Positions 18,177-28,202 of a stretch of DNA of 64,000 bases are shown in pieces. Origin of the DNA: Candidatus Kapaibacterium sp. (lineage in GTDB: Bacteria > Bacteroidota > Ignavibacteria > Palsa-1295); NCBI GenBank assembly GCA_035686785.1, contig DASRZC010000029.1:43-64042 (forward strand), given 5' to 3'. Numbering within the stretch: position 1 is the first letter of the stretch; each line of letters opens with the position of its first letter. Below the pieces are notes generated by a model, which saw nothing but the letters and a program-made list of their open reading frames with translations, was not told the origin of the DNA and searched no databases. A program made the translations under genes and the position numbers.

Positions 18177-21100
18177 ATGCAAAAAATATCGCCGGATTCT
18201 TTTGAAGATGTCTTTTCCGCCGAGTTAGAGGAAATCGCAAAGCGGCAAAAGAAGAATGGTACCGAGCAACATGCCGATGCTATTGATCGCAAAGAGCTTG
18301 CGGGTCTCGCGCTTTCGGGCGGCGGGATTCGTAGCGCTACGACCTCGCTCGGCGCCCTTCAGGCCCTGAAGAAATTGGGGTTGCTCGGCGCGTTCGATTA
18401 TCTCTCGACGGTCTCCGGCGGCGGATTCACGGGTGGATGGTGGAGTGCCTGGGCTTCGCGCGCGTTCGATTCTGCTGCAGCGCAGGAAGAGAAATTTTTT
18501 CCTCCCGATGAAAAAACACAGCCGGAACGCGATGCACTACAACCTTTAGCGCCGGTGTCCTCGCCGGCATCGACATTGGCAGAAATGGGTACTGGCCGGG
18601 CGACGGCGTTACAAGACGCCGAGCGCCGCGCGGTCATCGATCCGGTTCACCACCTGCGACTTTTCAGCAATTATCTTACGCCGATCAAAGGCTTTCTTTC
18701 CGGCGATACGTGGCGCGCGAATGCCGTTATTTCTCGAAATCTCATTCTGACTTGGCTCGTACTGCTGCCGATGCTCTTCGCGGCCGTGTTGCTGGCGCAG
18801 TCCTACTTCACCGCCCAACCGAATGCGGAGATGGAGTTTCTCTATCCCTATTCCCACTTCGCGAAGGATGATGCACGTGCCGCGAACATCGCGTTCGATA
18901 TGAAAATCGCCGAGCGTTTGGACAGCATGGTTCACGGGGGTACGGGAATAATTGCTTTAACTCCCGTTCACCACCTTCGGAGGATCGCCGTGTCTGAACA
19001 GATTCAGAATCCATTCGTCGAAATTGACCGCAACATCGATTCGCTTCAGAAAGTCGATAGCGCGATTGTCCAGGATGTCGGCGATAAGCGCTCCTCGCCG
19101 GGATCGTCGACGATGCTTCTTACAGCGGAACTCAGCCGCATCGAACAGGGCTTGAACGAATGGCACCGCACAGATTCTGCATTCCGCGCGGGTGGTATCA
19201 CTCCCATTGCCTTCGAGCGGGCGAGCCATTCCTACAGAGTTGCGCTCGACCCGGATGTCGATTCCGTTCGTGTGAAACTCGCAAGTTTGCAATCCAAATT
19301 AATCGCGCATCGTACCAAGACGAGGGATAACTTACTTTTCAATGGAACCCATCTCGGCTATCTCGCTGAGCGCGCGGTCTGGGCAAGCCGCATACCCGTT
19401 ATGTGCATTGGCTGGATTGCCCTGTTAATCTGTTTGTGGATGCTGAACAGCGGCAATAAACCGATGGGCGGCAATATACTCCAGGGTATCTATGCGTTTA
19501 TCGGCGGCCTTCTGGTATTTCAGGGCCTTAGCTGGCTCGTGCCGCGAATGGTCGGGATCGATGCGCAACCGGAATGGGCTGCTACGGCCGATTCAGGATT
19601 TGAAATTGCATGGATTGCCGGCGCCCTGATACTACTGAACCTCGTCTTGTGGGATAAAGCTTCTTCCTTTTGGAAAGACAATCGCCGCTCCATGGGTAAC
19701 CAATCCTCCTTGACACGGGAATATTGGCAAAAGCTTGCAAAACTTCTCGAAATCCGGCGGGCACGAATCGTCTCCTTTCACCAGCGATTGCTGCTCGGGG
19801 CTTTTTTGATCACGGTTCTGCTTGCATTCGGCGGCTTCGGACACGAAATAATCAATTACCTTTTCTTTTATCACTCGGATCACACCTGGGACTTCGGGCA
19901 AACGCTCGCTCGCGCTGCCGGCATTGCCACAATCGTTAGCGCATTGGCGGGAACTGGATTCGCGGCAAGGAGTGCGACGGCACAAGCGGGGACTCCAGCA
20001 CGCGGGGGCAAACCTACCAGCAAGTTGAAGAGCATCTTCATCGGCATGGCACCGCCGCTTATTCTGCTGCTCCTCCTCTGTGGAATTTCATGGACCAGCC
20101 ATTGGGTGCTTCAGGACATCGTCTTTCGTTCGGGAGAAAAAACGAACACTCATCTCATCGCTCTTATCTTCGCGATGTGGCTTCTGAGTTGGACTTCGCT
20201 CTATTACGCGATTCAGGAACTTCGCTTCCGGACTCGGGATGGGCGATCAACCCAGCGATTTAATGGCATCCTGTTGAGCGGAGTTATCATCGTGCAACTG
20301 GCCATGATGGTGGTGGTGCTCATTTATCCTTCGCAGACATTCCACTTCGGAATAATATGGTTAGGTTTGCCGCTACTCGTGTGGGCAATCATTGCCTGGC
20401 AATATTCGCAAGAACAAAAAAATCGTGCTGCTGATAGCAATGATGCCGATGGGGCAACTCCAGGTGCAGCCAAACCGTCACTCGACCCACTCAAACCCGC
20501 TACAGGGAACTCCCGAATTCGCCAAATTCTCATGCAAAGCTCCGCGGCGATTTTCATTCTGGGATTTTCGGTACTCCTGATCATTCTGGTGGCGGGCTTC
20601 GTGGAAGTTGCAACGTTACCCATCGACCATCTCTTTCTTGTCGCTATCGGAGCGACACTGATGGTTTTTCTGATCGATCTGGTTTGGGGCGTTCGCGCTC
20701 CTGAACCGGGCCGGCGCGCCAATCACATGCCTCGCATTCTCTTAGGAATCAACATCACCCTTTGCACGCTCTTTCTTCTAATTCCTTCGCTTCCCGGAGA
20801 CCCGCACTGGGGCGTTACGCATGTGCTCGAAATCCTGGTGTCGATTGCATTCGGTTTGGTCATTTTCATCGGCTGGCGGTTGGATCCCAATGCGCTTTCG
20901 ATCCACGCATTCTATCGCGACCGCATCGTCCGCGCCTATCTCGGCGCTTCAAACTGGTGGAGAGATCATGGCTCGATTAGCGAGGTCCATCCGAATGATG
21001 ACATTCCACTTGCATCGCTCGCCACTTGCGAGAATGGCGCGCCGTATCATCTCATCAACACGACGCTAAATCTCCTTGGCACCAAATCGCTCGAAACTGC

Positions 21101-22082
21101 GCAGCGGCATGCTTCGAATTTTATCTTCTCGAAACGTCACTGCGGTTCGGTTACGACGGGCTACCGGCCCACGGAAGAATATATGGGCGGCACGATGACT
21201 TTGGGAACCGCAGTCGCCATATCCGGCGCGGCTGCCAGTCCGAACATGGGAAGTAATCAGGTCTCCGGTGCGACGACGATGCTCATGAGCTTGCTAAATG
21301 TTCGCCTGGGATATTGGGCCGCGAATCCCGGTCGCGCCCGCTGGCGCGAGGATCAGCCCACGCTCTGGCCCTATTATTTACTGAAGGAATCGCTCAGCCA
21401 AACCACTGGCTTCGGCGCGTTTTGTTATCTAACCGACGGCGGCCATTTCGATAACACCGGACTCTATCCGCTTATCGAGCGCGGCTGCCGCTATATTGTC
21501 CTCTGCGATAATGGCGCCGATCCGAATTCACATTTCAAGGATTTAGGCAACGCACTCCGGCGCTGCCGCATTGATTTCGGAGTGGAGTTCGATTTGGATG
21601 GCCTGAAAGATATGACAAGTATGAGCCGGCAACTTGCCAGTTCGCACTGGCTCCGCGGAACCGTGAAATACAGCGAAGAGCATCTTCGCACGCTCTGGGG
21701 ATCCAATTGGGATGAGGGTCTCTCGGCCGAAGAACGATCGAAGTATCGCGAAGGCGCGATCCTTGTTCTCAAGCCGATCCTCGTGGGGGACGAACCGGCG
21801 GACGTGCTTCAATATGGATTGCAGTTCGCCGACTTTCCCCAGCAATCGACTGCAAATCAGTGGTTCTCGGAAGATCAATTCGAAAGTTATCGCCGCCTCG
21901 GATATTGGAGCGCGCAGAATGCATTCTCCAATACGGATTATTTCGATGCCAGCCGCGGCGAAAAACTAAACGCGATAGAAGAACGCCCAAAGGTGGTTGC
22001 AGCATCAACAAAACTTGTCCCGCTAATCGTGGGCGATCAACCTCAGGCGATTACGGATTTGGCTTACGGCGCGCCAGCCTGA
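18177..22082 (+). CDS. patatin-like phospholipase family protein, 1301 aa, with large multi-pass transmembrane insertion between the Ser and Asp catalytic motifs
   Basis: The N-terminus has GGGIRS (oxyanion) and GTVSGGG/STVSGGG (GxSxG). At least 10 predicted TM helices occupy ~aa 190-900. The C-terminus has …YLTDGGHFDNTGLYPL (patatin DGG catalytic Asp motif). Confidence 0.65.
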   Translation: MQKISPDSFEDVFSAELEEIAKRQKKNGTEQHADAIDRKELAGLALSGGGIRSATTSLGALQALKKLGLLGAFDYLSTVSGGGFTGGWWSAWASRAFDSAAAQEEKFFPPDEKTQPERDALQPLAPVSSPASTLAEMGTGRATALQDAERRAVIDPVHHLRLFSNYLTPIKGFLSGDTWRANAVISRNLILTWLVLLPMLFAAVLLAQSYFTAQPNAEMEFLYPYSHFAKDDARAANIAFDMKIAERLDSMVHGGTGIIALTPVHHLRRIAVSEQIQNPFVEIDRNIDSLQKVDSAIVQDVGDKRSSPGSSTMLLTAELSRIEQGLNEWHRTDSAFRAGGITPIAFERASHSYRVALDPDVDSVRVKLASLQSKLIAHRTKTRDNLLFNGTHLGYLAERAVWASRIPVMCIGWIALLICLWMLNSGNKPMGGNILQGIYAFIGGLLVFQGLSWLVPRMVGIDAQPEWAATADSGFEIAWIAGALILLNLVLWDKASSFWKDNRRSMGNQSSLTREYWQKLAKLLEIRRARIVSFHQRLLLGAFLITVLLAFGGFGHEIINYLFFYHSDHTWDFGQTLARAAGIATIVSALAGTGFAARSATAQAGTPARGGKPTSKLKSIFIGMAPPLILLLLLCGISWTSHWVLQDIVFRSGEKTNTHLIALIFAMWLLSWTSLYYAIQELRFRTRDGRSTQRFNGILLSGVIIVQLAMMVVVLIYPSQTFHFGIIWLGLPLLVWAIIAWQYSQEQKNRAADSNDADGATPGAAKPSLDPLKPATGNSRIRQILMQSSAAIFILGFSVLLIILVAGFVEVATLPIDHLFLVAIGATLMVFLIDLVWGVRAPEPGRRANHMPRILLGINITLCTLFLLIPSLPGDPHWGVTHVLEILVSIAFGLVIFIGWRLDPNALSIHAFYRDRIVRAYLGASNWWRDHGSISEVHPNDDIPLASLATCENGAPYHLINTTLNLLGTKSLETAQRHASNFIFSKRHCGSVTTGYRPTEEYMGGTMTLGTAVAISGAAASPNMGSNQVSGATTMLMSLLNVRLGYWAANPGRARWREDQPTLWPYYLLKESLSQTTGFGAFCYLTDGGHFDNTGLYPLIERGCRYIVLCDNGADPNSHFKDLGNALRRCRIDFGVEFDLDGLKDMTSMSRQLASSHWLRGTVKYSEEHLRTLWGSNWDEGLSAEERSKYREGAILVLKPILVGDEPADVLQYGLQFADFPQQSTANQWFSEDQFESYRRLGYWSAQNAFSNTDYFDASRGEKLNAIEERPKVVAASTKLVPLIVGDQPQAITDLAYGAPA

Positions 22083-22090
22083 AGAGTTTT

Positions 22091-22280
22091 GAGTTAAGGA
22101 ATCTCTGATTAAGTTCAACCTGTCATTCCGAGCGAACCAATAATTCGCGTTAGCGAATTATTGCGAAGTCGAGGAATCTTTGGTAAAACAAGAGATTCCT
22201 CGACTCCGCAAATTCTCCCTTCGGTCGAATTTGCTCCGCTCGGAATGACAGGTTGAACTTAATCAGAGATTCCTTAAGAG
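22091..22280. mobile_element. nested palindromic MITE-like element (outer termini GAGTTAAGGAATCTCTGATTAAGTT, inner GTCATTCCGAGCG) plus adjacent AATTCTTA heptamer tandem (22300-22337)
   Basis: gagttaaggaatctctgattaagttcaacctgtcattccgagcg…cgctcggaatgacaggttgaacttaatcagagattccttaagag, read directly. Confidence 0.75.
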
Positions 22281-22324
22281 TAATTGGCACTCCTTTTTTA
22301 TTCTTAATTCTTAATTCTTAACTC

Positions 22325-23899
22325 CTAATTCTTAACTGTCTTCACCAGTCCCCATTTTTCCTGGAACTCCATCGGGATACCGGGATAGCGAACACCGGGC
22401 TGCTTCCTTATTTCCTCGTACACTTCGAGGTATTCCTTCTGCAGCACCTTCGTCAGTAGGTTGGCGATGAGGTTGGCCGGCTTTCCCAGAGCCTTCGAGA
22501 AGAGTCCGCGAATCCAAAAGAGAGCAAGGATCAGGGGAATGAACATTCGTTCTACCACGGTCGTCTTGACGCCGAGCAAATCGAGATCGTCCTTCGAAAG
22601 CAGCATCGTCATTAGTATGTGCGGGATATAGGTGAAGTTCATGACCCGCCCCAACTTGAGCCGGCGTTTAAGGACGCTGGCCAAATAATCACACATGCCT
22701 TTGGTAAGCATGCGCCCCGCTTGAATAGCTTCGGCATCCTGCGAGCGATTCAAATCCATCATCCGAGTATAGAGCACGCGGCCAGCTTCGTACATCTCCA
22801 CTCCGGTAGCGACGTGAATTGGTTTTCCATTTTCATAGACTGCTCGCTTCGTGCGCGGAAAGTCAAGCGTGAGCAACAGGCTTTCGTCGATGCCGAGAAT
22901 ATATCCGAACACATTCCAAAAGTGCATGTAGGCCTTTTTTTCCGCGTCGCTCGTTTCGACGCCAAGCAGAGTAAGGCCATATAAACTAATGTAGGAGAAC
23001 GTCATGAGGGTCCCGGCCAGGTATTGCTGATGAATCGGGATGCCCCACTCTTCGCGCCACATTGTATCGGCATCGACGCCATGATATTTTCGGACCTTGC
23101 TGGGTTCCCCAGGCGTATCGTTTGCTCGATCCTTCACTCCGTCTTTCCAGAATTCGTGGATGACAGTCCGCGTGGTCGCATGCAGTAGGCGGACTCGGAG
23201 AATCGCCTCGATGCCGGCCGGCAGCGGATCGGTGAGGCTGGAGTCTTTAGAATTCGTGGTGAAGGACCCGTTCCGCATCACGCTGAGAACCATCATGGAC
23301 GTCTCGATAAGCCGCCGGCGGACTTTGTCCACGAGTTGATCGGTGAGTGTAAGCACTTGGATCCCTCCGCGACCGCAGGTATAGAGTACCGGGATCGAAA
23401 TGCAGCCTAACAAAACATAAGCGACAATCGGGTTATCGCTAAAAAGTTTTTGCGCCTGGGCGATCAGCTCGGGATCGGCCCACGCTGGAAGCTTCCTCGA
23501 TTCGCGAAGGAAAACCCGTAGCGCTTCACGGGATTCGGGATTCAATGTATAATCCGGATTGGATGGAAACGGATGTTCCACTTCCGGATCGGGAATCGCC
23601 ATCTGATTAATAAGCACATTCAGAAATTGTAACGCGCGGCGCGGACGGTTCGAAGGATCGCCCGTCTTTTCCGCATCGGCGCGGCCTTCGGCGTAGAGCG
23701 CCTCAATGATGCGATCCGCGAGTGGATCGGCGCGCTGCATAAACGTTTCTAAATAATCGACCGGCCACAATTCTTCGAACCGCGGCTCCGTTGTGCCAGT
23801 CGTCGCGGATGGAATGGGGCTTGATCGCCCGTCCCGAGGCCGCGAGGGATCAAGGTCTAAAATGCTTTTTGTATGTGTGGATACTTTCATGGGATTCAA
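22325..23899 (-). CDS. hypothetical protein, possibly oxygenase MpaB/DUF2236 family (start likely MKVSTHTK at ~23887)
   Basis: This is a weak call. The basis is a length around 520 aa and a central …HATTRTVIHEFWKDG…MWREEWG… region reminiscent of DUF2236 proteins. Confidence 0.35.
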   Translation of the reverse strand: MNPMKVSTHTKSILDLDPSRPRDGRSSPIPSATTGTTEPRFEELWPVDYLETFMQRADPLADRIIEALYAEGRADAEKTGDPSNRPRRALQFLNVLINQMAIPDPEVEHPFPSNPDYTLNPESREALRVFLRESRKLPAWADPELIAQAQKLFSDNPIVAYVLLGCISIPVLYTCGRGGIQVLTLTDQLVDKVRRRLIETSMMVLSVMRNGSFTTNSKDSSLTDPLPAGIEAILRVRLLHATTRTVIHEFWKDGVKDRANDTPGEPSKVRKYHGVDADTMWREEWGIPIHQQYLAGTLMTFSYISLYGLTLLGVETSDAEKKAYMHFWNVFGYILGIDESLLLTLDFPRTKRAVYENGKPIHVATGVEMYEAGRVLYTRMMDLNRSQDAEAIQAGRMLTKGMCDYLASVLKRRLKLGRVMNFTYIPHILMTMLLSKDDLDLLGVKTTVVERMFIPLILALFWIRGLFSKALGKPANLIANLLTKVLQKEYLEVYEEIRKQPGVRYPGIPMEFQEKWGLVKTVKN

Positions 23900-24063
23900 A
23901 CGTGGTTTACGCTAATTGTGCTGATTTTTCTGGTTGGGATCTGATTACTCTAATAGGAAGCCATACGAACTCTGGAAAGTTTCAGGGGAAGTTGATCGCC
24001 CGTCCAGAGGCCGCGAGGGATCAGCCGTGTAGCACCGGGAGTATACTCCCGGTGCTACACGGC
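23822..24063. promoter_or_regulatory. two copies of a 31-bp imperfect palindrome tgatcgcccgtccSgaggccgcgagggatca (23822-23852; 23993-24023), plus a perfect 17-bp-arm hairpin gccgtgtagcaccggga…tcccggtgctacacggc overlapping the bioA stop
   Basis: Read directly. The copies flank the start of the 22325-23899 gene, so they are candidate operator sites or a bioA terminator. Confidence 0.5.
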
Positions 24064-25380
24064 TTCCCCGAGGATTCGATCAACGGTGTCATACGCGAAT
24101 TCGAGATCGTCTCGTGTCGAAGCATACGGCGGCAGAAAATAAATGGTGTCGCCCAGCGGACGAAGGAGCAGGCCCAGTTCCAGCGCGCGGCTGCCCCATT
24201 CCAGGGATTTGCTGCTCAGATAACCGGTGCTTACCTTCGGTTCGAATGCGGCTATCGTTCCAATTTGACGTTGCATTAAATTATGCTTTGCTGCAAGCGT
24301 CGGAGCAAACATAGCGTGGGCCGACATAATGGCCGCGATCCGCTCGAAGACTGGCTCTTCCTCGAAAATTTCGAGCGAAGCAAGCGCCGCCGCCGCGCTG
24401 ATCGGATTGCCGGTGTAACTATGTCCATGAAAAAAAGTCCGCGCGCGGTCGCTGCTAAGGAATGCTTCGAAGATATTAGAAGTGGCCATCGTCACGCCCA
24501 TCGGCAGAAATCCGCCAGTGATGCCTTTCGAAAGCGTCATCAGATCGGGCTTTAGAGAGACCATGTCGGACGCGAACATCGTTCCCATGCGGCCAAAGCC
24601 GGTAAGCACTTCATCCGCGATGGTCAAAATGCCAAATTCCTTTGCGATGCCAAGCGCCGCTTCGAGCACGCTCGCTCGCCACGTCAGCATTCCGCCGGAG
24701 CCAAGCAGGAGCGGCTCGTAAATAAAGGCCGCGATGGTATTGCGTTTTGCTGCTTCGCGCATCTCATCGAGAAAGTGCGACTCGGAAATAGAAACGTCAT
24801 CCGTCTTCGCGTCTGGCGGAGCCGGGAATGGAAGTCTCCGCACCGAAAACAATAATTTCTCGAACGGCTTTGTGAACGGCCCGCGCGCGCTAATCGACAT
24901 CGCGCCAAACGTATCGCCATGATACGCATGTTCGAGCGCAAGTATTTCCGTTCGGGTTTCGCCCTGGTGTTTCCAGTATTGCAGGCACATTTTTATTGCA
25001 GCTTCTACCGCCGTCGAGCCATCGTCGCTGAAAAATACTTTGTCGAGACCGGCGGGAGTAATTTCAACCAGCTTTTTTGCCAGCCGCGCGGCAGGCTCAT
25101 GTGTGAAACCGGCGAAAATGACTTGTTCCAATTTTGCGGCCTGCTCCGCAATAGCGCGCGCGATTTTCGGATGGGCGTGGCCGTGCAGCGTCACCCACCA
25201 GGAACTAATCGAATCGAAAATCCGACGGCCATCGGTGAGATAAAGATAGGCGCCCTCGCCTCGCTCCACACCAATGGCGCGCGGCACAAGCTGCATCTGC
25301 GTATAAGGATGCCAGATGTAGCGTTCATCGAAGGCGATCCAGGACCCGGAACCCTTCGACGGACTCAGGGCAGGCTCTGG
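24055..25380 (-). CDS. bioA: adenosylmethionine-8-amino-7-oxononanoate aminotransferase. Start uncertain, and the ORF is open to 25458 through a repeat.
   Basis: Class-III aminotransferase with …YIWHPYTQM… at the N-terminus and a PLP-Lys region (…LTLSKGITGGFLPMG…). Confidence 0.85.
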   Translation of the reverse strand, partial: PEPALSPSKGSGSWIAFDERYIWHPYTQMQLVPRAIGVERGEGAYLYLTDGRRIFDSISSWWVTLHGHAHPKIARAIAEQAAKLEQVIFAGFTHEPAARLAKKLVEITPAGLDKVFFSDDGSTAVEAAIKMCLQYWKHQGETRTEILALEHAYHGDTFGAMSISARGPFTKPFEKLLFSVRRLPFPAPPDAKTDDVSISESHFLDEMREAAKRNTIAAFIYEPLLLGSGGMLTWRASVLEAALGIAKEFGILTIADEVLTGFGRMGTMFASDMVSLKPDLMTLSKGITGGFLPMGVTMATSNIFEAFLSSDRARTFFHGHSYTGNPISAAAALASLEIFEEEPVFERIAAIMSAHAMFAPTLAAKHNLMQRQIGTIAAFEPKVSTGYLSSKSLEWGSRALELGLLLRPLGDTIYFLPPYASTRDDLEFAYDTVDRILGEAV

Positions 25381-25418
25381 ATTACGCGGATTGGATGGAT
25401 TCACAGGATTACTATCGG
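25377..25418. repeat. solo copy of the 39-bp MITE terminal repeat (ctggattacgcggattggatggattcacaggattactatcgg) at the bioD/bioA junction
   Basis: It is ~85% identical to the left TIR at 5810-5848. Confidence 0.6.
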
Positions 25419-26047
25419 AAAATAGATTTTTTTTTGAATTCCTTGAGAGTTGTTTCAAACACTTTTTTCAAAGCATTAGGCTCGAAGGAGGAAAGGAGCG
25501 GAATATATCCTATTACGTCAACAGCACCATACTGCTCGATGGCCTGCTCGTTTGGAACATTTCGTTCCCCAATGAGCACGCAGCCTAAAATTGGAATGTC
25601 CCGTTTGCGAAGAGCTTCAATCGAGAGCAAGCTATGATTGATCGTTCCAAGTCCCGAACGGCACACCAGCAGAACCGGAAGTTCCCAGAACTTAAAGATA
25701 TCGATGTATAGCAAATCCTCCGTTAGCGGCACGAGCAATCCACCCGCGCCTTCGATGAGAAGCGGGGATGCATCAGGCAATCCCAGTTTCTTCTTCTCGA
25801 TGGTTACGCCATCGATTGCGGCGGCGGCATGGGGAGAAAGCGGCTCGGAAAAAACATACGCCTCCGGCAAAATTCGATTCGGCGAACATCCAGACAGGCG
25901 CCGGGTCGCTTCGCTGTCGGTGCCATCCAACATTCCCGATTGGATTGGCTTCCAATAATAATATTCCGGCAGCGCCGCCATAAGCATCGCCGAAAGCAGC
26001 GTTTTGCCGATCCCGGTATCGGTGCCGGAGACGATGAAGCTCTTCAT
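25412..26047 (-). CDS. bioD: dethiobiotin synthetase
   Basis: FIVSGTDTGIGKT P-loop, ~210 aa. Confidence 0.85.
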   Translation of the reverse strand: MKSFIVSGTDTGIGKTLLSAMLMAALPEYYYWKPIQSGMLDGTDSEATRRLSGCSPNRILPEAYVFSEPLSPHAAAAIDGVTIEKKKLGLPDASPLLIEGAGGLLVPLTEDLLYIDIFKFWELPVLLVCRSGLGTINHSLLSIEALRKRDIPILGCVLIGERNVPNEQAIEQYGAVDVIGYIPLLSSFEPNALKKVFETTLKEFKKKSIFR

Positions 26048-27276
26048 TTTGCAATCTCCGCTTCCGTCTCTACGATACTTTCGACTACGCCGCGCAGTTC
26101 CTCTTTGGAATGCCGCAAACTGATATTCATACGTAGCCTCGCCGAGCCTTCCGGCACCGTGGGCGGACGAATGGCCGGAACATCGAACCCTAATTTCGAC
26201 AATGCTTGCGAGGCTCGTAGCGCGTCTTCATCCTCCCCAATAATAATTGAAATAATTGGCGTTACGCCCTCGGTAACTTTCCAATGCACGAGCGATGCTC
26301 GCAATCTTGCCCGCACAAAATCCGAGCGTTCACGCAGCTTTTGAGCGAGTGCCGAGCCTTCCGATTCCAGCCGCCGCACCGCATTTAAAATCTGCAATGG
26401 GATGATCGGCGGCAATGCCGTCGTATAAATAAAAGGCCGCGCTTTATTGACAAGAAATTCCATGACCGTTCTGCTTCCCGCAACAAACGCGCCCGCTGCT
26501 CCCAATGCTTTGCCGCATGTGTGGAGCGTAAGAATACCGCTGTTCCGTCCGATCGTTTCTTTGACCAGCCCCTCCCCGCGCTGCCCTAACACTCCCGTGG
26601 CATGAGCTTCATCAACAATCATGATTGCTTCATATTCGCTGGCCACATTTGCAATCTTCGCGAGTTCCGCTACATCGCCATCCATCGAATACACGCTTTC
26701 GAGTACGACGAATATTTGTCCCGATAGCTCCCGATTCTCCAATATTCTATCAAGATCGCTCGCGGAATTATGGGCGAATCTCCTGCTCTTCGCAAGCGAG
26801 GCATGGACCCCGTCATAAATACTGGCATGTGAGCGCTCATCATAAAGAATGAGATCGTGGCGCGTGGGAAGCGTCGTGAGGAGCGCCATATTCGCATCAT
26901 AGCCAGAATTGAAAAATAGCGCGGCTTCGGCGCCGACAAAATTTGCGAAATATTTTTCCGCCGCGAGATGCTCGGAATGATATCCCGGCAAAAGCCGCGA
27001 ACTCGATGAGGAAAGCGCGCTTGCGCGGAGCGATTCTAACGCCTGCTCCTTGAGTTTCCGGTCTTCGGCAAATCCTAAATAATCATTCGAGCCGAAGTCG
27101 ATGGATGAGCGATCCTCCATAGCAGCATACATCCGAAGCGAACGAAAGCGGCCCTTTTCTCGGAGCCGTTCCAGTTCCCGATCCAATTTTCGAAGCCAGT
27201 CCTCAGGCACTTGGCACTTCCACGTTCGTCGTGGGTACTTCCATACCCAATTTTTCAAAGAGGCGATGATCCTCAT
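26044..27276 (-). CDS. bioF: 8-amino-7-oxononanoate synthase (start probably downstream, ~27213, since the ORF overlaps bioB)
   Basis: Alpha-oxoamine synthase family with …GTFSKALG… (PLP Lys). It lies between bioB and bioD. Confidence 0.8.
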   Translation of the reverse strand: MRIIASLKNWVWKYPRRTWKCQVPEDWLRKLDRELERLREKGRFRSLRMYAAMEDRSSIDFGSNDYLGFAEDRKLKEQALESLRASALSSSSSRLLPGYHSEHLAAEKYFANFVGAEAALFFNSGYDANMALLTTLPTRHDLILYDERSHASIYDGVHASLAKSRRFAHNSASDLDRILENRELSGQIFVVLESVYSMDGDVAELAKIANVASEYEAIMIVDEAHATGVLGQRGEGLVKETIGRNSGILTLHTCGKALGAAGAFVAGSRTVMEFLVNKARPFIYTTALPPIIPLQILNAVRRLESEGSALAQKLRERSDFVRARLRASLVHWKVTEGVTPIISIIIGEDEDALRASQALSKLGFDVPAIRPPTVPEGSARLRMNISLRHSKEELRGVVESIVETEAEIAK

Positions 27277-28156
27277 CCGGTTCAGGATTGGGAGTCGTAA
27301 GCAATTTATCGCCTAAGAAAATCGAATTTGCTCCGGCGAGGAATGCCAGCGTTTGTGCTTCTTCGGAAAGACTCAAGCGCCCGGCGCTCAGGCGAACTTT
27401 TGCATTCGGCATCAGAATCCTGGCACATGCGATCGTCCGAACGAACGAAAAGGTATCGATGGGTTCCTGCTCCGCCAGCGGAGTTCCCGGAACCGCGACC
27501 AGCGCGTTGATGGGAACGCTTTCCGGCTGCGGATCGAGCGAAGCCAGCGTGAAAAGAAATTGAATACGGTCGTCATCGGTTTCGCCCATGCCGATAATGC
27601 CGCCGCAGCAGACCGTTATGCCGGCGTGCCGAACATGCTGGATCGTTTCCAGCCGGTCATCGTAATCGCGTGTGTGAATGATCTCCGAATAAAAGCTGCG
27701 CGAGGTATCGATATTGTGATTATAGGCATACAGACCGGCTTCCTTCAGTTTTTGAGCTTGCGATTCGGTGAGCATTCCCAAAGTCGCGCAGGCTTCGAGG
27801 CCAAGGTCCGTCACGCCGCGGACCATTTCGAGCACTTCATCGAAATCGCGCCCTTCCCGCACTTCGCGCCAGGCCGCGCCCATGCAAAACCGGGTCGCTC
27901 CATTGGCTTTCGCATTTCGCGCAGCCTCAATTACTTGTGCGGCACGCATCAGCTTTTCGGCCTTGACTCCGGTGTGATACCGCGCGGCCTGCGGGCAGTA
28001 AGCGCAATCCTCCGGGCAGCCGCCGGTCTTTACCGAGAGCAGCGTGCAGCGCTGGATGTCATTGTATGTATGGTTCGCCTCATGCACCCGGCTCGCCTGC
28101 GCGACGAGCTTCAGGAATGGCGTCTGGTATAATTCGCGGACGTATTGTATGGTCAC
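27203..28156 (-). CDS. bioB: biotin synthase (radical SAM)
   Basis: [10 protein letters not shown] radical-SAM CxxxCxxC motif plus a YNHNIDT… region. Confidence 0.9.
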   Translation of the reverse strand: MTIQYVRELYQTPFLKLVAQASRVHEANHTYNDIQRCTLLSVKTGGCPEDCAYCPQAARYHTGVKAEKLMRAAQVIEAARNAKANGATRFCMGAAWREVREGRDFDEVLEMVRGVTDLGLEACATLGMLTESQAQKLKEAGLYAYNHNIDTSRSFYSEIIHTRDYDDRLETIQHVRHAGITVCCGGIIGMGETDDDRIQFLFTLASLDPQPESVPINALVAVPGTPLAEQEPIDTFSFVRTIACARILMPNAKVRLSAGRLSLSEEAQTLAFLAGANSIFLGDKLLTTPNPEPDEDHRLFEKLGMEVPTTNVEVPSA

Positions 28157-28165
28157 AATGTCATA

Positions 28166-28190
28166 AACGTGTAGCGCGAACTTTAGTTTG
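28166..28190 (-). promoter_or_regulatory. CAAACTAAAGTTCGCGCTACAC motif 10 bp upstream of the bioB start codon
   Basis: It is identical (22/22) to the motif preceding pth, in the same orientation relative to the downstream gene. Confidence 0.5.
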
Positions 28191-28202
28191 CGATTTTTTC
28201 CC

